A stretch of 64,000 nt of DNA from Octopus sinensis (Eukaryota). Made by a program: the position numbers and the translations under genes. Below the pieces are notes generated by a model, which ran no database searches, had not been told where the DNA came from, and worked only from the letters and a program-made list of their open reading frames with translations. Below, in pieces: positions 1-14,399 of this stretch (positions within the stretch are counted from its first letter, which is position 1; every line of letters begins with the position of its first letter). Where the stretch lies: the NCBI RefSeq assembly GCF_006345805.1, contig NC_043012.1, positions 44,516,001-44,580,000 of the forward strand, read 5' to 3'.

Positions 1-99
1 CCAGGACTATCATAGAAGACACTTGCTCAAGGTGCTATGCAGAAGGCCTGATCCCAGAACCATGTGGTTGAGAACAAGCATCTTACCACTCAGCTGTAC

Positions 100-780
100 C
101 TGTATGTTCATGTATGAGAAAGCAGCCCTTGCATGTGGCAGATGCATAGGAGCAATAAACACACAGGAAACAGATTCTCATAAATGCTTGGAAATATTCC
201 TAAAAATAGTTGATAGTTTCTGTTTTCAAGGTGATCAAATTAGTAGTAGAGGAGGATCTTCTGATGGTGCAGAAGCTAGAGCAAAAACAGCAAGAATAAG
301 AATAGTTCTGGGAGCTGTTAATTCTGTAGGGAATGTAAGGTTTCTATCTCAGAGTGTAGGTGAAAGCAAACTATATGATGCTTGTATATAAACTACAATG
401 GTAATTGTTGGCACTGAGTGTAGATGATCTGAAAAAACTAAAAAGGAATGAAGCAAACCTGCTTTGCTGGTTGTGCATGAATGATGGAGAACAGATGTGT
501 TGAGAGAAAAACTGAGCATAAGAGGAATCAGAGGTAGTTTGCAAGAGAGAAGATTGCATGTGATGTGTGTGGATGAGGATAACTGTATAAAGAAATGTCA
601 TCTGCTTACAATTGTTGGAATTTGTGGAAGGAGTCCCACAAAGACTCATGATGAAGTAGGAAGACTGATCTTAGGTTTGAGCCTTAGAGAGGAGATGACA
701 AAGGATTAATAGAGGCATGCAGTACTCTAGAAGATTCCATACCTATGAAAGCATGATGAAACTGATGTTAAAATGAAACT
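100..780 (+). mobile_element. RTE-clade LINE 3' fragment
   Basis: ACGRCIGAI, IVDSFCFQGDQIS, LREKLSIRGIRGSLQERRLH, DEDNCIKKC; degenerate. Confidence 0.75.
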
Positions 781-2456
781 AACTCTACAGAAGAACTACC
801 TCATGGAAGTGGACACATAGTATATTTGCTAGAGGTTTGAAGCTAGCTAAACTGAAGAGGTAATAGATGGAGATGGGGTCTGGAATCATAATGTGTATTC
901 ACATATCTGGGTCCTTTGCCAAATATGTCAATCAAATCCACATCTGTAACCTTCTCTCTTATCCAACAACCACTCATTAGTCAATCACTCTTCTATCTAC
1001 TGATGCAATTAATGATAGCACAAATCATTACTAAATATATCACCCCCCTTTCTTTTCAGCTCGTCATCACTCCTGAGTCACTTCCTCCAAACATCCATTC
1101 TTTGTTTTAACGATTACCCCTGACATTGCTCAGCATTGATTACCTTCACCCCCAATCTATCTATGACCATCCCTATTTCTATCCATCAATCACTTCTTTT
1201 CCACTTCCTATCCTTCTGATATTATGTTCACTCTTATTTACTCACTTAGTACTTGGACATGTTACTTTGAAGTTAAGCTCTGGCTCTTCAGCTCCATTAT
1301 CTTTGTCTCTCTTGAGCACTAATCCATCTTCCCCCACTTACTCATATAACACAGAGGGTGTCTTAAATTTCCCACCCAAACTACCCGATTTTCCTCCCCA
1401 AACCACCCCATTTTCCTCCTTAACATGCTCTGACTAACTTTCTTTCCTGTCTACTACACCTTTCCTCCACAATATTAGTTTCTCCTCTAACATCTTTTGC
1501 CAAAAATAAACCTGCTCTTCCCATCACACTTTGACCTCGCCACATCCTGCCTAAAATCATCACCCTTTCTCCTAATTCTTCCTCTCTAACATGGGTATTC
1601 TTTAGTTTATCGAATTACAAAGTGATCTCACCAGTGTTGGTGCCTCAAAGAGAGCGCCTAGTACACTCAATAAAGTGGTTGACATTAGGAAGAACTCCCA
1701 ACCATAGAAGCCATGCCAAAATTGAGACACTGGAACAAGATGGCATCTTTCAACTTGATGGATTCTGTTGAACTGTCATCCACCCCTTGCCGGATTGGAA
1801 AGTGGACTTAAAATAACAAGATCCTAAAACAAGGTGCCACATAAAAAGCATTGGTGTGGGTGCTGGTTCCACATAAAAAAGCACCCAGTACACTCTGTAA
1901 AGTGGTTGGAATTAGGAAGGGCAACAGGCTGTAGAAAACAAGCGAAAACAGACAATGGATCTAGGTCCGACACCTGGCGTCTTGCCAGTTTCTGTCAACC
2001 CATGCCAGTATGGAAAATGGATGTTAAATGTTGATAGTGATGATGATGATGTGTGTGTATGTCTGTATCATATATGTCTCTATATGTGCATGTGTGTGTA
2101 TATGTATGTGTCTATATATGTGCATGTGTGTGTGTGTATATGTATCTATATATGTGCATGTGTGTTTGTGTGTGTGTGTGGGTGTGCACAATGTACATGT
2201 ATCTATATAATGTGCATGTGTGTATATATGTGTGTCTATACATGTGTATGTGTGTGTGTGTGCTTATGTATGCACTTTGACAGAATGTCAAGCAAAATAT
2301 TCTGAGTATTTGGTTATAAGCCTTGATATACAGAACTTAAATACTGACCACATCAACCTTGCCTTTGATCCTTCCAAGATCAATAAAATAAAATACTAAT
2401 CAAGCACAGTATCCTTCACTTAAATGGGAATGACTTTATAAAAACCAGGGTAAATG

Positions 2457-2489
<33 letters not shown>

Positions 2490-4245
2490 ATTAATGTTCC
2501 TTTTCCATGCTGGCAGGAGTTAGACGATTTCACTGAAAACTGGTAAGCTGCACCAGATTCCAGTCTGATTTGGCATGGTTTCTATGGCTGGATGCCCTTC
2601 CCTAATGCCAACCACTCCAAGAGTGTAGTGGGTGCTTTTTATGTGCCACTGGCACAAGTGCCAGTTATGCAACACCGGCATCAGCCACACTATGATCTCA
2701 CTTGGCTTAACAGGGCTTCTCACGTATGGTATGTTGCCAAAGGTTTTGAAATTCTAACAAGTACTCTCAAACTTTACTTACATTAATTGTTAAGCTTGTA
2801 TTAGACTCAAGTAACTTACGCAGTGTAAGGCTAGCTGGGCAGCAAAAATGGTTGCACCTAATGGAGAAGTATTTTCTATCATCATTTGATGTAAGTGAAA
2901 TTTGATAAACTGAAATTGTGCACAAGCTGTGTGTATGTGTGTGTATATGTGTGCATGTTAACATACCATCAAAATTTCACTGATGACCTGTAATATGACA
3001 GAAGTACATTTAGTGTTGTTACTATACTGCTAACTCACAACCATTATCTAATTCTATGCAGGAATCTTAATATCCTGCCCAGGGAAGCAAAGAGCATGTT
3101 GTTACTTGCCCAAGGTGACCAACATCAACAAAGAGAAAGAAAGAAGTTTTCTATTCAATTCTGTATTATTGCTTAACCATTGAGCTTAATTCAAAGATAA
3201 TATACAAAACATAAATTTTGATAATAGTTTCTTGAAATGTGCACAAAGAAATTGTGATATCTTATCAAGATATCACTTTTATAGGACTGTACACACTTAA
3301 CAATGTTGGACATTGAATAAAAATAAATATTTGGGAAACTATGCAATTATTGAAGAGTTGTGATAAGCCCAGTTTTGATTCCCAGTAATAACTGTTTTAT
3401 TTTAACTATGTTGCTAATGTTTTTGGAAAAGGAATATCACAGCTTACCGATTTCCTTTCCTTGTCAATGAGAATTCTTGTATTTATGTAATAAATATTAG
3501 CTTGAAATTTTGGCACAAGGTCAACAATTTTGGAGGAGTTAAATCAATTACATCAACCCCAGTGTTCAACTGTTACCTATTTTATTGACTCCAAAAGGAT
3601 GAAAGGCAACGTTGACCTCAGCAGCATTTGAACTTAAAATTTAAAGACAGACAAAATGCTTCAAATCCTTTTGCCTGGCATGCTAACAATTCTGCCAGCT
3701 CACCACTTTAATCTATGTAGTAAATATCACAAGTAATTATCTTATGCTAATCACCTGATTCATTAATCTTACTATAATAAATCTAGGTGATATAAAGGGC
3801 CTACCTGAAATGTTAGTTTCACAATGTACTAGTATACTCAGTTTTATTTATACTACTATTAGAGTGCATAGGAATGGATGGCAATTGCTGCTATTACAGC
3901 TACAGATGCAGGAATATGTTTCATCAGTGGGGAAAATGCTACAAGGTTTTACTCCTATGTTGTGAAGTGAAATCTCACAGGAATAAACATTGCTTTTTAC
4001 TTTTATGGGACTGACTCCTAAAATGTTTGACCTTGGACCAATGTTAAAATTCAATGGTAGAAATTTCTACTGGAACTAACATTTGTTGGTGTCTGTAGAG
4101 TGGCTAAAGTTTTCAATGAAGTCTGTCAAATTTATCAGTCTGTTGTAAAAATCACCCCCAGCACCTTTTTATACTAGGAAAGGTGGTGGAGCAATTTTTG
4201 TCTGTATGGTGGCTGTGGTTGATTGAGACAGTGCATTATCTTAAG

Positions 4246-4605
4246 TAAAGGCAGCAAGCTGGCAGAAGTGTTAACACACTGGGCTTCATGGCATTTCGTC
4301 TGCTTTACATTCTGAGTTCAAATTCTGCTGAGGTCGATTTTACCTTTTATCCTTTTGGGGTTGATAAATTAAGTACCAATGAAACACTAGGGTTGATGTA
4401 ATCAACTAGTCTCCTCCCACCAAATTTCAAGGCCTTGTGCCTTCAGTAGAAAGGATTATTATTACAGTTCAAATTCCACTGAGGTCCACTTTGCCTTTCA
4501 TCCTTTTGGGGTTGATAAAATGAGTACTAGTGAAGCACTGGGATTGATCTAATTGACTAGCCTCCTCCCACAAAATTTCAAGGCCTTATACCTTTTGTAG
4601 AAAGG

Positions 4606-4641
<36 letters not shown>
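4246..4641 (+). mobile_element. tRNA-derived SINE family B (Nin-domain-like core), partly tandem; further copies at about 3500-3710, 6191-6410, 18147-18345, 27845-28056, 32440-32636
   Basis: ggcagcaagctggcagaa...gagttcaaat B box; core ctttgcctttcatccttttggggttgataaa; (ATT)n tail. Confidence 0.8.
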
Positions 4642-4643
<2 letters not shown>

Positions 4644-6833
4644 GAATCATTAGAGCATCAGAGAAAATGTCTTGCATTTGTTTTAAATCTTTACTCCCTG
4701 AGTTCAGCCTTTCAGGGTCAACGAAATAAAGTATCAGCTAAATACTGGTGTTGATGGTATTGACTAACCCAAGATTCAGGCCTTGTTCTTTTACTAGAAA
4801 TAATTATCATTTGGAACAGTGAATAACTAACAGTGTCCCAGACAAAATACCGCGACCTTTTTCGACTGTAATAGTTAGCTATATGTACAGAAAGGGCAAA
4901 TTTGTGGATTTGCTTCAATTGAAGAAATCCTTATAATTCTTTTTTCAAATAGCATAGCGGGAATTAAAAAAATTTTTGGGACCAGCACACCAAATCTGAT
5001 GACAAATAACTATTATTATATAGAAATGTTAGAAATTATGGATTATTTTTTTAGTATTGTATTTAGTGTTTCTCTTTTATCTTTTACCTGTTTCAGACAT
5101 TAGAGTGTGCCCATTCTGGAGTACCACCTTCAAGAACTTTTAGTAAAATGAGTCATCCCCAGGACTTATTTTCCATTTAAGTCTGGTATTTATTCTAAAA
5201 TCTTTTGCCAAACCACTAAGTTATGGGGATGTAAACACACCAACACCGGTTGTTAAGTGGTGGCAGGAGATAAACACAGGCATGAAGACATGCACACACG
5301 TAGATATATGTGTGTGTGACAGGCTTCTTTCAGTTTCCATCTACCAAATCCATTCACAAGGCTTTGGTCGGCCTGAGGCTATAGTAGAAGACACTTGCTC
5401 AGGTTGTCATGCAATGGGACTGAACCCAGAACCATGTGGTTAGGAAGCAAGCTTCTTACCACAGCCACACCCCATTTACATTTAAAAAAATTTTCTTAAC
5501 AATTAAACTTTGTACTTTTCAGTCAGGTTGCTTAAAACAAATCTACTAGCCAGTTTAATTAGCTAGCACAACAAATAATTCCATCTCATAAGACAGGTCC
5601 TATAGTTATAAAAATAATCTTTCAACTACACACTGTTATGACTTGTTCTTTCCTACTTATTGATGTCTTAAAACAAAGTAAATCAGTTGATGTATATATA
5701 TATATAATCACACAACCAAGACCATTCAAAGTCTCTTATTCTATGAGACGCTATTCATAAAAGAATAAAAGAATTACTTTTATCACACATTTTACTCTAA
5801 GAATAACTGGTATTTCTTCCTTTAGTGATACTGTACAATACTGACCCTGGCAGTATTTCAACTCAGAACAATGAAACAACTAACCTAACTTAAACAAGCT
5901 TTCTCAAATTCTAAAAATTTCTGTTTATTCTTTAATTCTTCTTTCTTCTATAAACATCACTAATATCGTATGTCTATGTGAGTGTGTATAAATAAATGTT
6001 TGTATGTATGTGTGCATATATAGAGAGAGAGACACATGCAGAATCTTCAATGTATCTATATACATGCCCTCCCCCCCTCTCTCTCTCTTTCTACCTGTTT
6101 ATGTATTTACCTTTCTTTACTATGTCTCTATTTGTAAAATGGTTATAAAACAAAATAGTAAATAAAATAATAGTTATATTGTGTATCATTAAAGGTGGCA
6201 AGCTAGCAGAATTGTTAGCATGCTGGCCAAAATGCTTAGTGGCCTTTTGTCAGTCTGTATGTTCTGAGTTCAAATTTTGCCAAAGTCAACTTTGCCTCTC
6301 ATCCTTTCAGGGTCAATAAAATAAATAACAAGTGAGCACTGGGGGGGTCAATGTAATTGATTTACCCCCGACCCCATAATTGCTAACCTTGTTCCAAAAT
6401 TTGAAACCAATATTATATCAATAAAACATCAATAAAATTCCTGAGTATAAACTATTTGAGGCACAAAAATAGAAAGGAAAAGAATGTATTGATTTGGAAC
6501 TATTTTGAACACTAAAGTATTTAAATAAAGACCCTGGTTGTGCTTTTGTAGTTATCATTTAACTAGTATAAAAATATCAGTGAATATGATAAGAAAAGAA
6601 ACGGTGGAGCTACAATCTGGACAGTAGACTAAGCAAGCTACTCTTTTGCAAGCATTCTAGCCAGTTTTCGGTCTAAGTTTAACTTCCTCTCTTCTTCCCA
6701 CTAATCTTGAAGAATCTAATGGGTGCCACCATGCTATATTTTGTCCTCTGACTAAGCCATCAAAAAAGAAACTGATTTAATCAATCTGACATTGCTTATA
6801 ACAATATCAATATATTCTTCTTCAAAGTAAGAA

Positions 6834-6972
6834 CTAGCAGTGTAGCCCGGCTTTGCCCGGGATTAAGTTATATTATTAAGCTAATCAAGTTCTTTATTTC
6901 AAACCAAACTAAATAACATCGACATCAAATTTGGGCAAAATCTGTTGAAATTGATTTACATATATATGTATG

Positions 6973-7028
<56 letters not shown>

Positions 7029-7464
7029 GGCAACACACACAAACACACCACACACACACACATGTATGTACATCTATTGCATACATGTTTGTGTGTGTGT
7101 GTGTGTGTGGTGTGTGTGTGTGTGTGTGTGTTGCCCATATATCAACAAAACACTTTTTTCCTCGATGGAAAAAAAAACAGCAAAAGTCTTAACAAAAACT
7201 TACTCATCGCTAGCAGGGGACTTAACTCCTGTTTGCAAACAATGGTGATTTCTCCAACTTGAAATTTGTTAAAAGTTTTGGTTGAAAATTTATATTTACT
7301 GCTATTCGCTGGTGCCTCTGGTAAAAATAAGTTGATGAAAATACAGCTAGGGTCATGACGAATGTCCTAAAATTGGAGCGACATGCATGCTAATTTGTGG
7401 ACGTGCATAAATTACATTCACGTACACACGCACACACACACATCCTGCCTTTTATATGTACAGA
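6834..7464 (-). mobile_element. Non-autonomous Helitron with internal microsatellites
   Basis: Minus strand: 5' A|TC, subterminal hairpin CCCGG GCAAAG CCGGG, 3' CTAG|T; no TSD. Confidence 0.75.
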
Positions 7465-8363
7465 TATTCAGTTGAATTCATTACACAGATATTTGTTGTT
7501 AACAAGTAATGTGTTATAATTGATAAGGTCTTCAAGATATCAAGGAAATCTCCTGAAAGACTTATCTTTTATCTTTTACCTATTACTTTTACCTATACTG
7601 GGGCACCACCTTGAACAATTTTAGTCAAATGAATCAACTCCAGTACTTATTTTTTTAAAGCTTGGTGCATTTTTACTGATTTATAAGGACATAAACACAC
7701 CAACACCAGTTGTCAAATGGTGGTGGGGAATAAACACAGACATAAACATCAATACACACACATGCATGCAACAGGCTTCTTTCAGTTTCCTTCAATCGAA
7801 TCCACTCACAAGGCTTTGGTTGACCCAAAGCTACAGTAGAAGACATTTGCCCACAATGGAACTAAACCTGAGACTATGTGATTAGAAACAAAGTACTTAA
7901 TTGTTATGCATCTACTAATTATTCAAAGAATTATGCTAATCTGGAATAGTGGATTAACTGAATTGTTAAAGTCAAGCTAGATGCCATGCAGTGTCTGACC
8001 TGGCTTCTTGTGGTGTATCACCTGCAACAACACTGGTGCCAATGTGTTTCAACCCAAATCAACAGTCTTTTCCTTGGATAAACATTGGTGGTGTGGAGTA
8101 GGGAGAATTGTGTGCCACAACTTCAAGCTACAAGATAATGCATGATTGATTTAGAATTCCTCACTAGCAATATTAACAAGAGTGCATTTTGCACCAAAAG
8201 CCAATATGGGGCTTTCTCTCATGGTATCTCCCACAGTATAGTTTGTTCTAACACAACATCTATGTTTAAGTATGGAAAAATATTACCTCTCAGTAATTCA
8301 AGACAATGTGATAAATATGCATTACATTTGACAGAGTAATCTGAATGTTTAAAGGGTTGAGCA

Positions 8364-8417
<54 letters not shown>

Positions 8418-10678
8418 CCTTCTTTTGATTTGGCTTGTGGTGTTTGTAAGATAACATGAAGGTAGACAATGCAAGATATGCCACAAATGTTGCAGGTAAA
8501 CTGCATGTAAGTTTTATGTGATCTTGCAAAATGAACATTTAGGAACAACAATGTACATTATCATAGGTACATCCATAGTTCATTAAACTTCTAGCATTCA
8601 TATTACTTTGTCAAACATAATAATGCCTATTTATTCAAATTGGTTTGAATTAATCATGCATTATCTCATAGCTTTGAGATTTTAATAATGTAATTGTAAA
8701 TGTTTATATTGACATTGTATGAATCTGGCCAGTTTAAGCATTAAATGTGTAGAATATTTGGGTCTGATATGGCTGGTTTAAAGGCCAAAGGGTTAATGTA
8801 AAATTAATAGTTTCAGACTTGTTTTGGTGGAGAGGTGTTGCCAATTATTTCACCCCCAGTACTTGACTCATGCTCTAATTTCTTGACTCCATAACGATGA
8901 ATGCTAATGTCAACCTCAGCAGAATTTGAATGACATTATATAAATATCAGTAACAACTAAAGAAACTACACCATCACAACTGTTAAACATACTTATACTA
9001 GTATGACTCTATACATATATACATGTAAAGACTTCCTCAAACTTATATAGGGCATATGTAAAAAATATCAATGCTAATTGAAAATATTAAGAATCAAAAG
9101 AAAATATCCAATTGTGAGAAAATCTTACCATCAGTTTTAATGTGGATATATCTTTATTATCTTTAAGTGATCATATTGCAAGTGTTCATAATTTATAGAT
9201 TTGATCACTTTGTTCTATTTTAATACATTTACTATTGAACGAAATCACTAAAACAAGTAGACATGCTACGACTAGTCTCATGTCATATTTTAAACACTCC
9301 TTATTACAACTGTAAGATTACGTGCCTTCATGCCGTATTAAATTCACACTATCTTTCTGTCTCTCTCTACTGGTTGTATAGATTTAGAATATGTTGCTAA
9401 TGCAGAAGTGAAATAACTGAATGGATCAGGTATGGACTACCAATTCATAGATTATGAGTTCAAATCTGTTGCTAAGCTTTTATTGTATTTTCCGGGCAAT
9501 CCAACTAGCTATTAGAAATAAATACCTGGACATCTGGGAATCTTACCATCCTATCAGTCATAAGTTGGTATCTTATCCATAAACTGGTGTTTTTCACTTA
9601 CTTCTAGCCTGACAACTGGAGTTAAACACAAGCTTTCAGTCTTCCCGAAACTTAGAAAACATTTAAATGCTATTAATGCACCTCCATTTCTATTTCAGAT
9701 TTTCAGAACGAGTCATAAAAAAACTCTATAAGAAAAGCACAAGTCGTTTATTTTGTAAAACATTGTTCATGTTTTCTTTATAATGTTCAGCACACCCTAT
9801 TAGGTATCAACTGCATATTATTAATATATTTCTATCTATCTCTTGTTATAACATTTTACAACTGCTTCTGAATTTAAATCAGCATGATTCTCTAATTATT
9901 CTATTATCATCTTGATAATTATTTTAACACACAGCTACGTCGTCATGTGCCTTGATGCAGTTTTAACTTCAACCTCTCTCTCTCTCTCTCTGATATTCTT
10001 GCATGAAGTGATTCCACCTATGGTTGTGTTGTCACCAGAAGATTTTTCAATTAATGATGTTGTGGACCAGGCTTTATTACTGCAAAGCAGGCCTTGCAGC
10101 ACTACACTGTTCTGATTCTTGCTGCACATCGCAGCAAGCTACAAACCAACTGCAGGAGGTTGGTCTCACTGACAAGGTTAAATGAAAATGATTGACAGAC
10201 TGAGTGCCTAAGAAAAGATCAATTCTATCTTTTTCCTTCTCACTCTATGTTCTTTGTAGAACTGTTTTTGAATTAATCAGTTGTTTTTGTTTGTAAAATA
10301 AAAAATTCTAAAAAAATATATCCCTTCATTACAAAAAAAATAATAATAGCAAAAAGAAAAAAAAGCAAGTATGTTATAGCCATTTTGTACATATTATTGT
10401 TGAAAAAATATATAAATGTAAAAATGACAAAAATATTTTTTAAATAAGCTGACAAAAGTTCTCGCTTCCTTCTCTGTACGAGTGGAAAATTTGGTGAAAT
10501 AGACCAATCACTCTATGCAACGAATATGTATGTACATATATATTTTGGTAGATAGGTGTGTATGCATTGATGTTTATACATATATAAAAAGTGTATAACC
10601 ATTTATGTCTGTGTATAGAGGAGTGTGTCTGTGTGTGTGCTAATAGATATATGTATATATAAATGTGATTATACACAC

Positions 10679-10712
<34 letters not shown>

Positions 10713-11654
10713 TCACACATGAAATATGAAAGAAAAATCAGTAAGACAGACTGTATGATTATCAAACCTTAATTATATTGGCTTACCTTATTACACTCAC
10801 TGTTATCATTGTTTTAACTGATTGTTCATCAATTATTGAATAAAAAGTTAAGAAAAAAAATTTGTATTGAATAGTTATTTCACATTTCATATTTCACATT
10901 TCCCCATCATCATTTAACATTTATGTTCAAAAGTGGCATGAGTTGGACAGTTTGATATGATGCTGGTGGCACATTGGGCCTCACAGAGGCAATGACGAAA
11001 GACCAAGACCTCTGAGATATGCTGTGACTGCAAAGACCCGCAAATGAAGTGAGTTCATGGCTTGCAGGACAGCCTGCTGTGCTAACCTTGGATCGTAGGG
11101 TGACCTGCTGTGCTTGAGGAGACCTATTAAGTCAAGTGCATCAACATCAAAATAAAAATCAAATGGAAATTGTAGTTGTGATACCCGTGCTGGTGACATG
11201 TAAAAAGCACCATCCGAACGTGGCTGATGCCAGCGTTGCCTTGACTGGCGTCCATGCCAGAGACACGTAAAAAGTACCAACTGATCGTGGCTGTTTGCCA
11301 GCCTCCTCTGGCGCCTGTGCCGGTGGCATGTAAAAAGCACCCACTACACTCACGGAGTGGTTGGCGTTAGGAAGGGCATCCAGCTGTAGAAACACTGCCA
11401 GATCAGACTGGAGCCTGGTGCAGCCTCCTGGCTTCTCAGACCCCAGTCAAACCGTCCAACCCATGCTGGCATGGAAAACGGATGTTAAACGATGATGATG
11501 ATGATGTCCAAAGACAGCATCATGCTCCAATGTCTGCTTTGGCATGGTTTCTATGGCTAGACACCCTTCCTAGCACCAATCACTTTACAGCAAGTACTGG
11601 GTGCTTCTTTTGGTGATACCAGTAATAGTGAGGTTGCTGAGCAGCTAATAAGAC

Positions 11655-12062
11655 TCTTTTACTTGTTTCAGTCAATTGACTGTGGCCATGCTGGAGCACT
11701 GCCTTTAGTTGAGCAAATCAACCCCAGGACTTATTCTTTGTAAGCCTAGTACTTATTCTATCTGTCTTTTGCTGAACTGCTAAGTTACAAGGACGTAAAC
11801 ACACCAGCATCGGACGTCAAGCAATGTTGGGGGGAGAAACACAGACACACAAACATACATACACACACTCACACACACACATACATATATACATATATAC
11901 GACGGGTTTCTTTCAGTTTCCTTCTACAAATCCACTCACAAGGCCCTGGTCGGCCCGAAGCTAAACTAGAAGACACTTGCCCAAGGTGCCACGCAGTGGG
12001 ACTGAACCTGGAACCATGCGGTCGGTAAGCAAGCTACTTGCCACACAGCCACTCCTACGTCT
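11655..12062 (-). mobile_element. tRNA-derived SINE family A; further copies at about 1-100, 5075-5472, 7565-7900, 19715-20098, 24450-24830, 33176-33452 (+), 40255-40590
   Basis: Minus-strand A box TGGCTGTGTGG and B box GGTTCAGTCCC; shared core agaagacacttgcccaaggtgcca; internal (CA)n. Confidence 0.85.
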
Positions 12063-13249
12063 ATGAAAGAACTCTGAGGGATAAGGGTGGTTTTAATGGC
12101 ACTCTATTGGATATGAAAACAAGGGTTACTGTTGATCTGATCAACAGAACAGCCTGCTTGTGAAATTAACATGCAAGAGTCTGAGCACTCCATGGACATG
12201 TGTCCCCTTCATGTTGTTCTCAAAGAGACTCAAAATGACACAGAATTTGGCAAGGCTGGTCCTTTTGAATTACAGGTACTACTCAGTTTTGTCAGCTGAG
12301 TGGACTGGAGCAAAGTGAAATAAAGTGTCTTGCTCAAGGAAACAATGCACCACTGGAAATTGAACTCACAACCTTACGATCCTGAGCCAAATATTCCTAA
12401 CCATTAAGCCATGCACCTTCACCGGGTGGCTTTATAGTAGAAGACAAGGGGTTAAAGTATGAGAGAAGGAGTCAGAGCAGAACAAGTCTGTAGAGAAGCT
12501 AATCAGCTCCTTGCATTTTAGATGAGTGGTTGGGAGTGACTGGGTGGAGGTGGAAAGCAATAAAAGAAGTGGAGTCTGGGTGAATCCTGAAGCTGTGAGA
12601 TGAGCAGAAATGAGTAATGACAAAGAAATGGATGTACGAGGGTAGAATTACAAGACCATACTGGAGAATGAGAGATGGGGAATAGGGGATGGGAGAAGAA
12701 TACAATGAATGAAGGACAAATGTTAAGGGGAAAATGAGAAGAGGGAGAAGGAAAGAATAGGAAATATCTATAGGGATTAGGTCTGGTTGAAGGATGGATA
12801 TAGTGAATGGTGGATAAAGGGTTAACAGTGATGCATGGGGGTGAAGAGCAATAGATTAGTAATGATAGACAGGGGAAGGAAGAGAGAGAGAGAGAGAGAG
12901 ATTATATATAGCTTGATGGATTGCATGAATGTGGGGGAAGAAAGAGGCAGGCATTGTGCATACAGAGAGTGAAAGCTATATTGTGAGAATGAAGGAGATA
13001 ATTTGGTGCTTCAGGTGGGTGATTAATAAAAAATGTGGGTAACGAGGTCAGTATCAAGAATGAAGAATGTATTTCAAAAGAAATGATTCTGAATAGGGAG
13101 TAGTGAAAACCTGCAGTTAGAAAGATGATGGGTTTTGGCGATGACTTAGAGGAAATTAGGCAAAAGTTCTCATTGTGTAGAACACACACAGCATTTCCAG
13201 AACTTAGTTTTGCTGGGTTTGGTGGGTCTTCTCAAGAACCACATGTTGC

Positions 13250-14360
13250 CAGTCATCCTGGTCCTTTGTCATCTCTTCTGCAACACTCAAGGCCCTGAGA
13301 TCAGCCCTCATCACTGCGTCCTATGTCTTCTAGGGTCTCCCTCTTCTGAAAGTTCCATCCACATTAAGTGATCAGTACTTTCCTAAACAGCTAATCCTCA
13401 TTGATATACATGTCCACACCTGCACAGACTTCTCTCTTACATCCTACATCGGATTCCTCTGTTTTTCTCTCAGCCCATTTGCCCTATGTCATTTATACAC
13501 ACCTACACTGCCCATCCAATGGAACATACTCACTTTATTTCCTTCCAGTCTTTTCAAATTCCCTGCATTGAAGGCCCATGTCTCAATACCATGCAACATC
13601 ACAGTTCTAACACAAGTATCATACAATCTACCCTTACTTAACTCTGAATGAAAAGACCTTTGTTGCTAGTAGTGATAGTAGCTCCCTGAACTTTCTCTTG
13701 TCTATTCTTACCCTGTCTATTATAGTTTCAGAGCAACCACGGCACTTGCTAATTATATCTCTAAGGTAACAAAAGCTATTGATTACGGCTAGTGAAGCAT
13801 CCAGGTATTTAAGAGAATCTATTTCCAGTGTGTTCAGAGCATGTACTGCTCCAGTGCATCTATCACAAACAAAGCTTACATTTTCAGTTAGTCTGCCGGT
13901 GATTCTACTACATCTCATGTATCCATAGCTTACAATGGGTAAACTTTATGAAGTTTATACCTACTCCATTTTTTTTTCTTTTTTCTTTTGCATATCAAGC
14001 AAAACAGTTTCTCTGAAGACATCAAACTTCTGCTTTTTTTCCTATTTACTAAACCCTTTGTCTTTTAAGACTTTGCAATTTTCAATTTAGCTTCCATGCC
14101 TGAAACTTCCCATAGAATTACCCTATTGATTCAGCTATAAGAACTAGATCTTCAACATAGAGAAATTCCTATAGCCAGTCAGTTGTAAACTTCTCCAAGA
14201 ATGTATTATAGGATCGTGATGAATTGGAGAGGACTAGGGACTGAGTTTTGATGGACTCCTACCCTCACACTAGAGTCATCACTGAAATCATGATTGACTC
14301 TCACTTAATTTACTGTATCTTTGTATAACCCCGTCACAAGCCATTCATCTCCACTTAACT
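13250..14360 (-). mobile_element. RTE-clade LINE fragment
   Basis: ITGRLTENVSFVCDRCTGA...SFCYLRDII...KFRELLSLL. Confidence 0.75.
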
Positions 14361-14399
14361 TCCCCTGTCTACAATACATTAAAGTTTTACAACTAGAAA

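Noticed and set aside
11990-12062. tRNA genes suggested by A and B boxes
   Set aside because: They are SINE heads without a complete cloverleaf.
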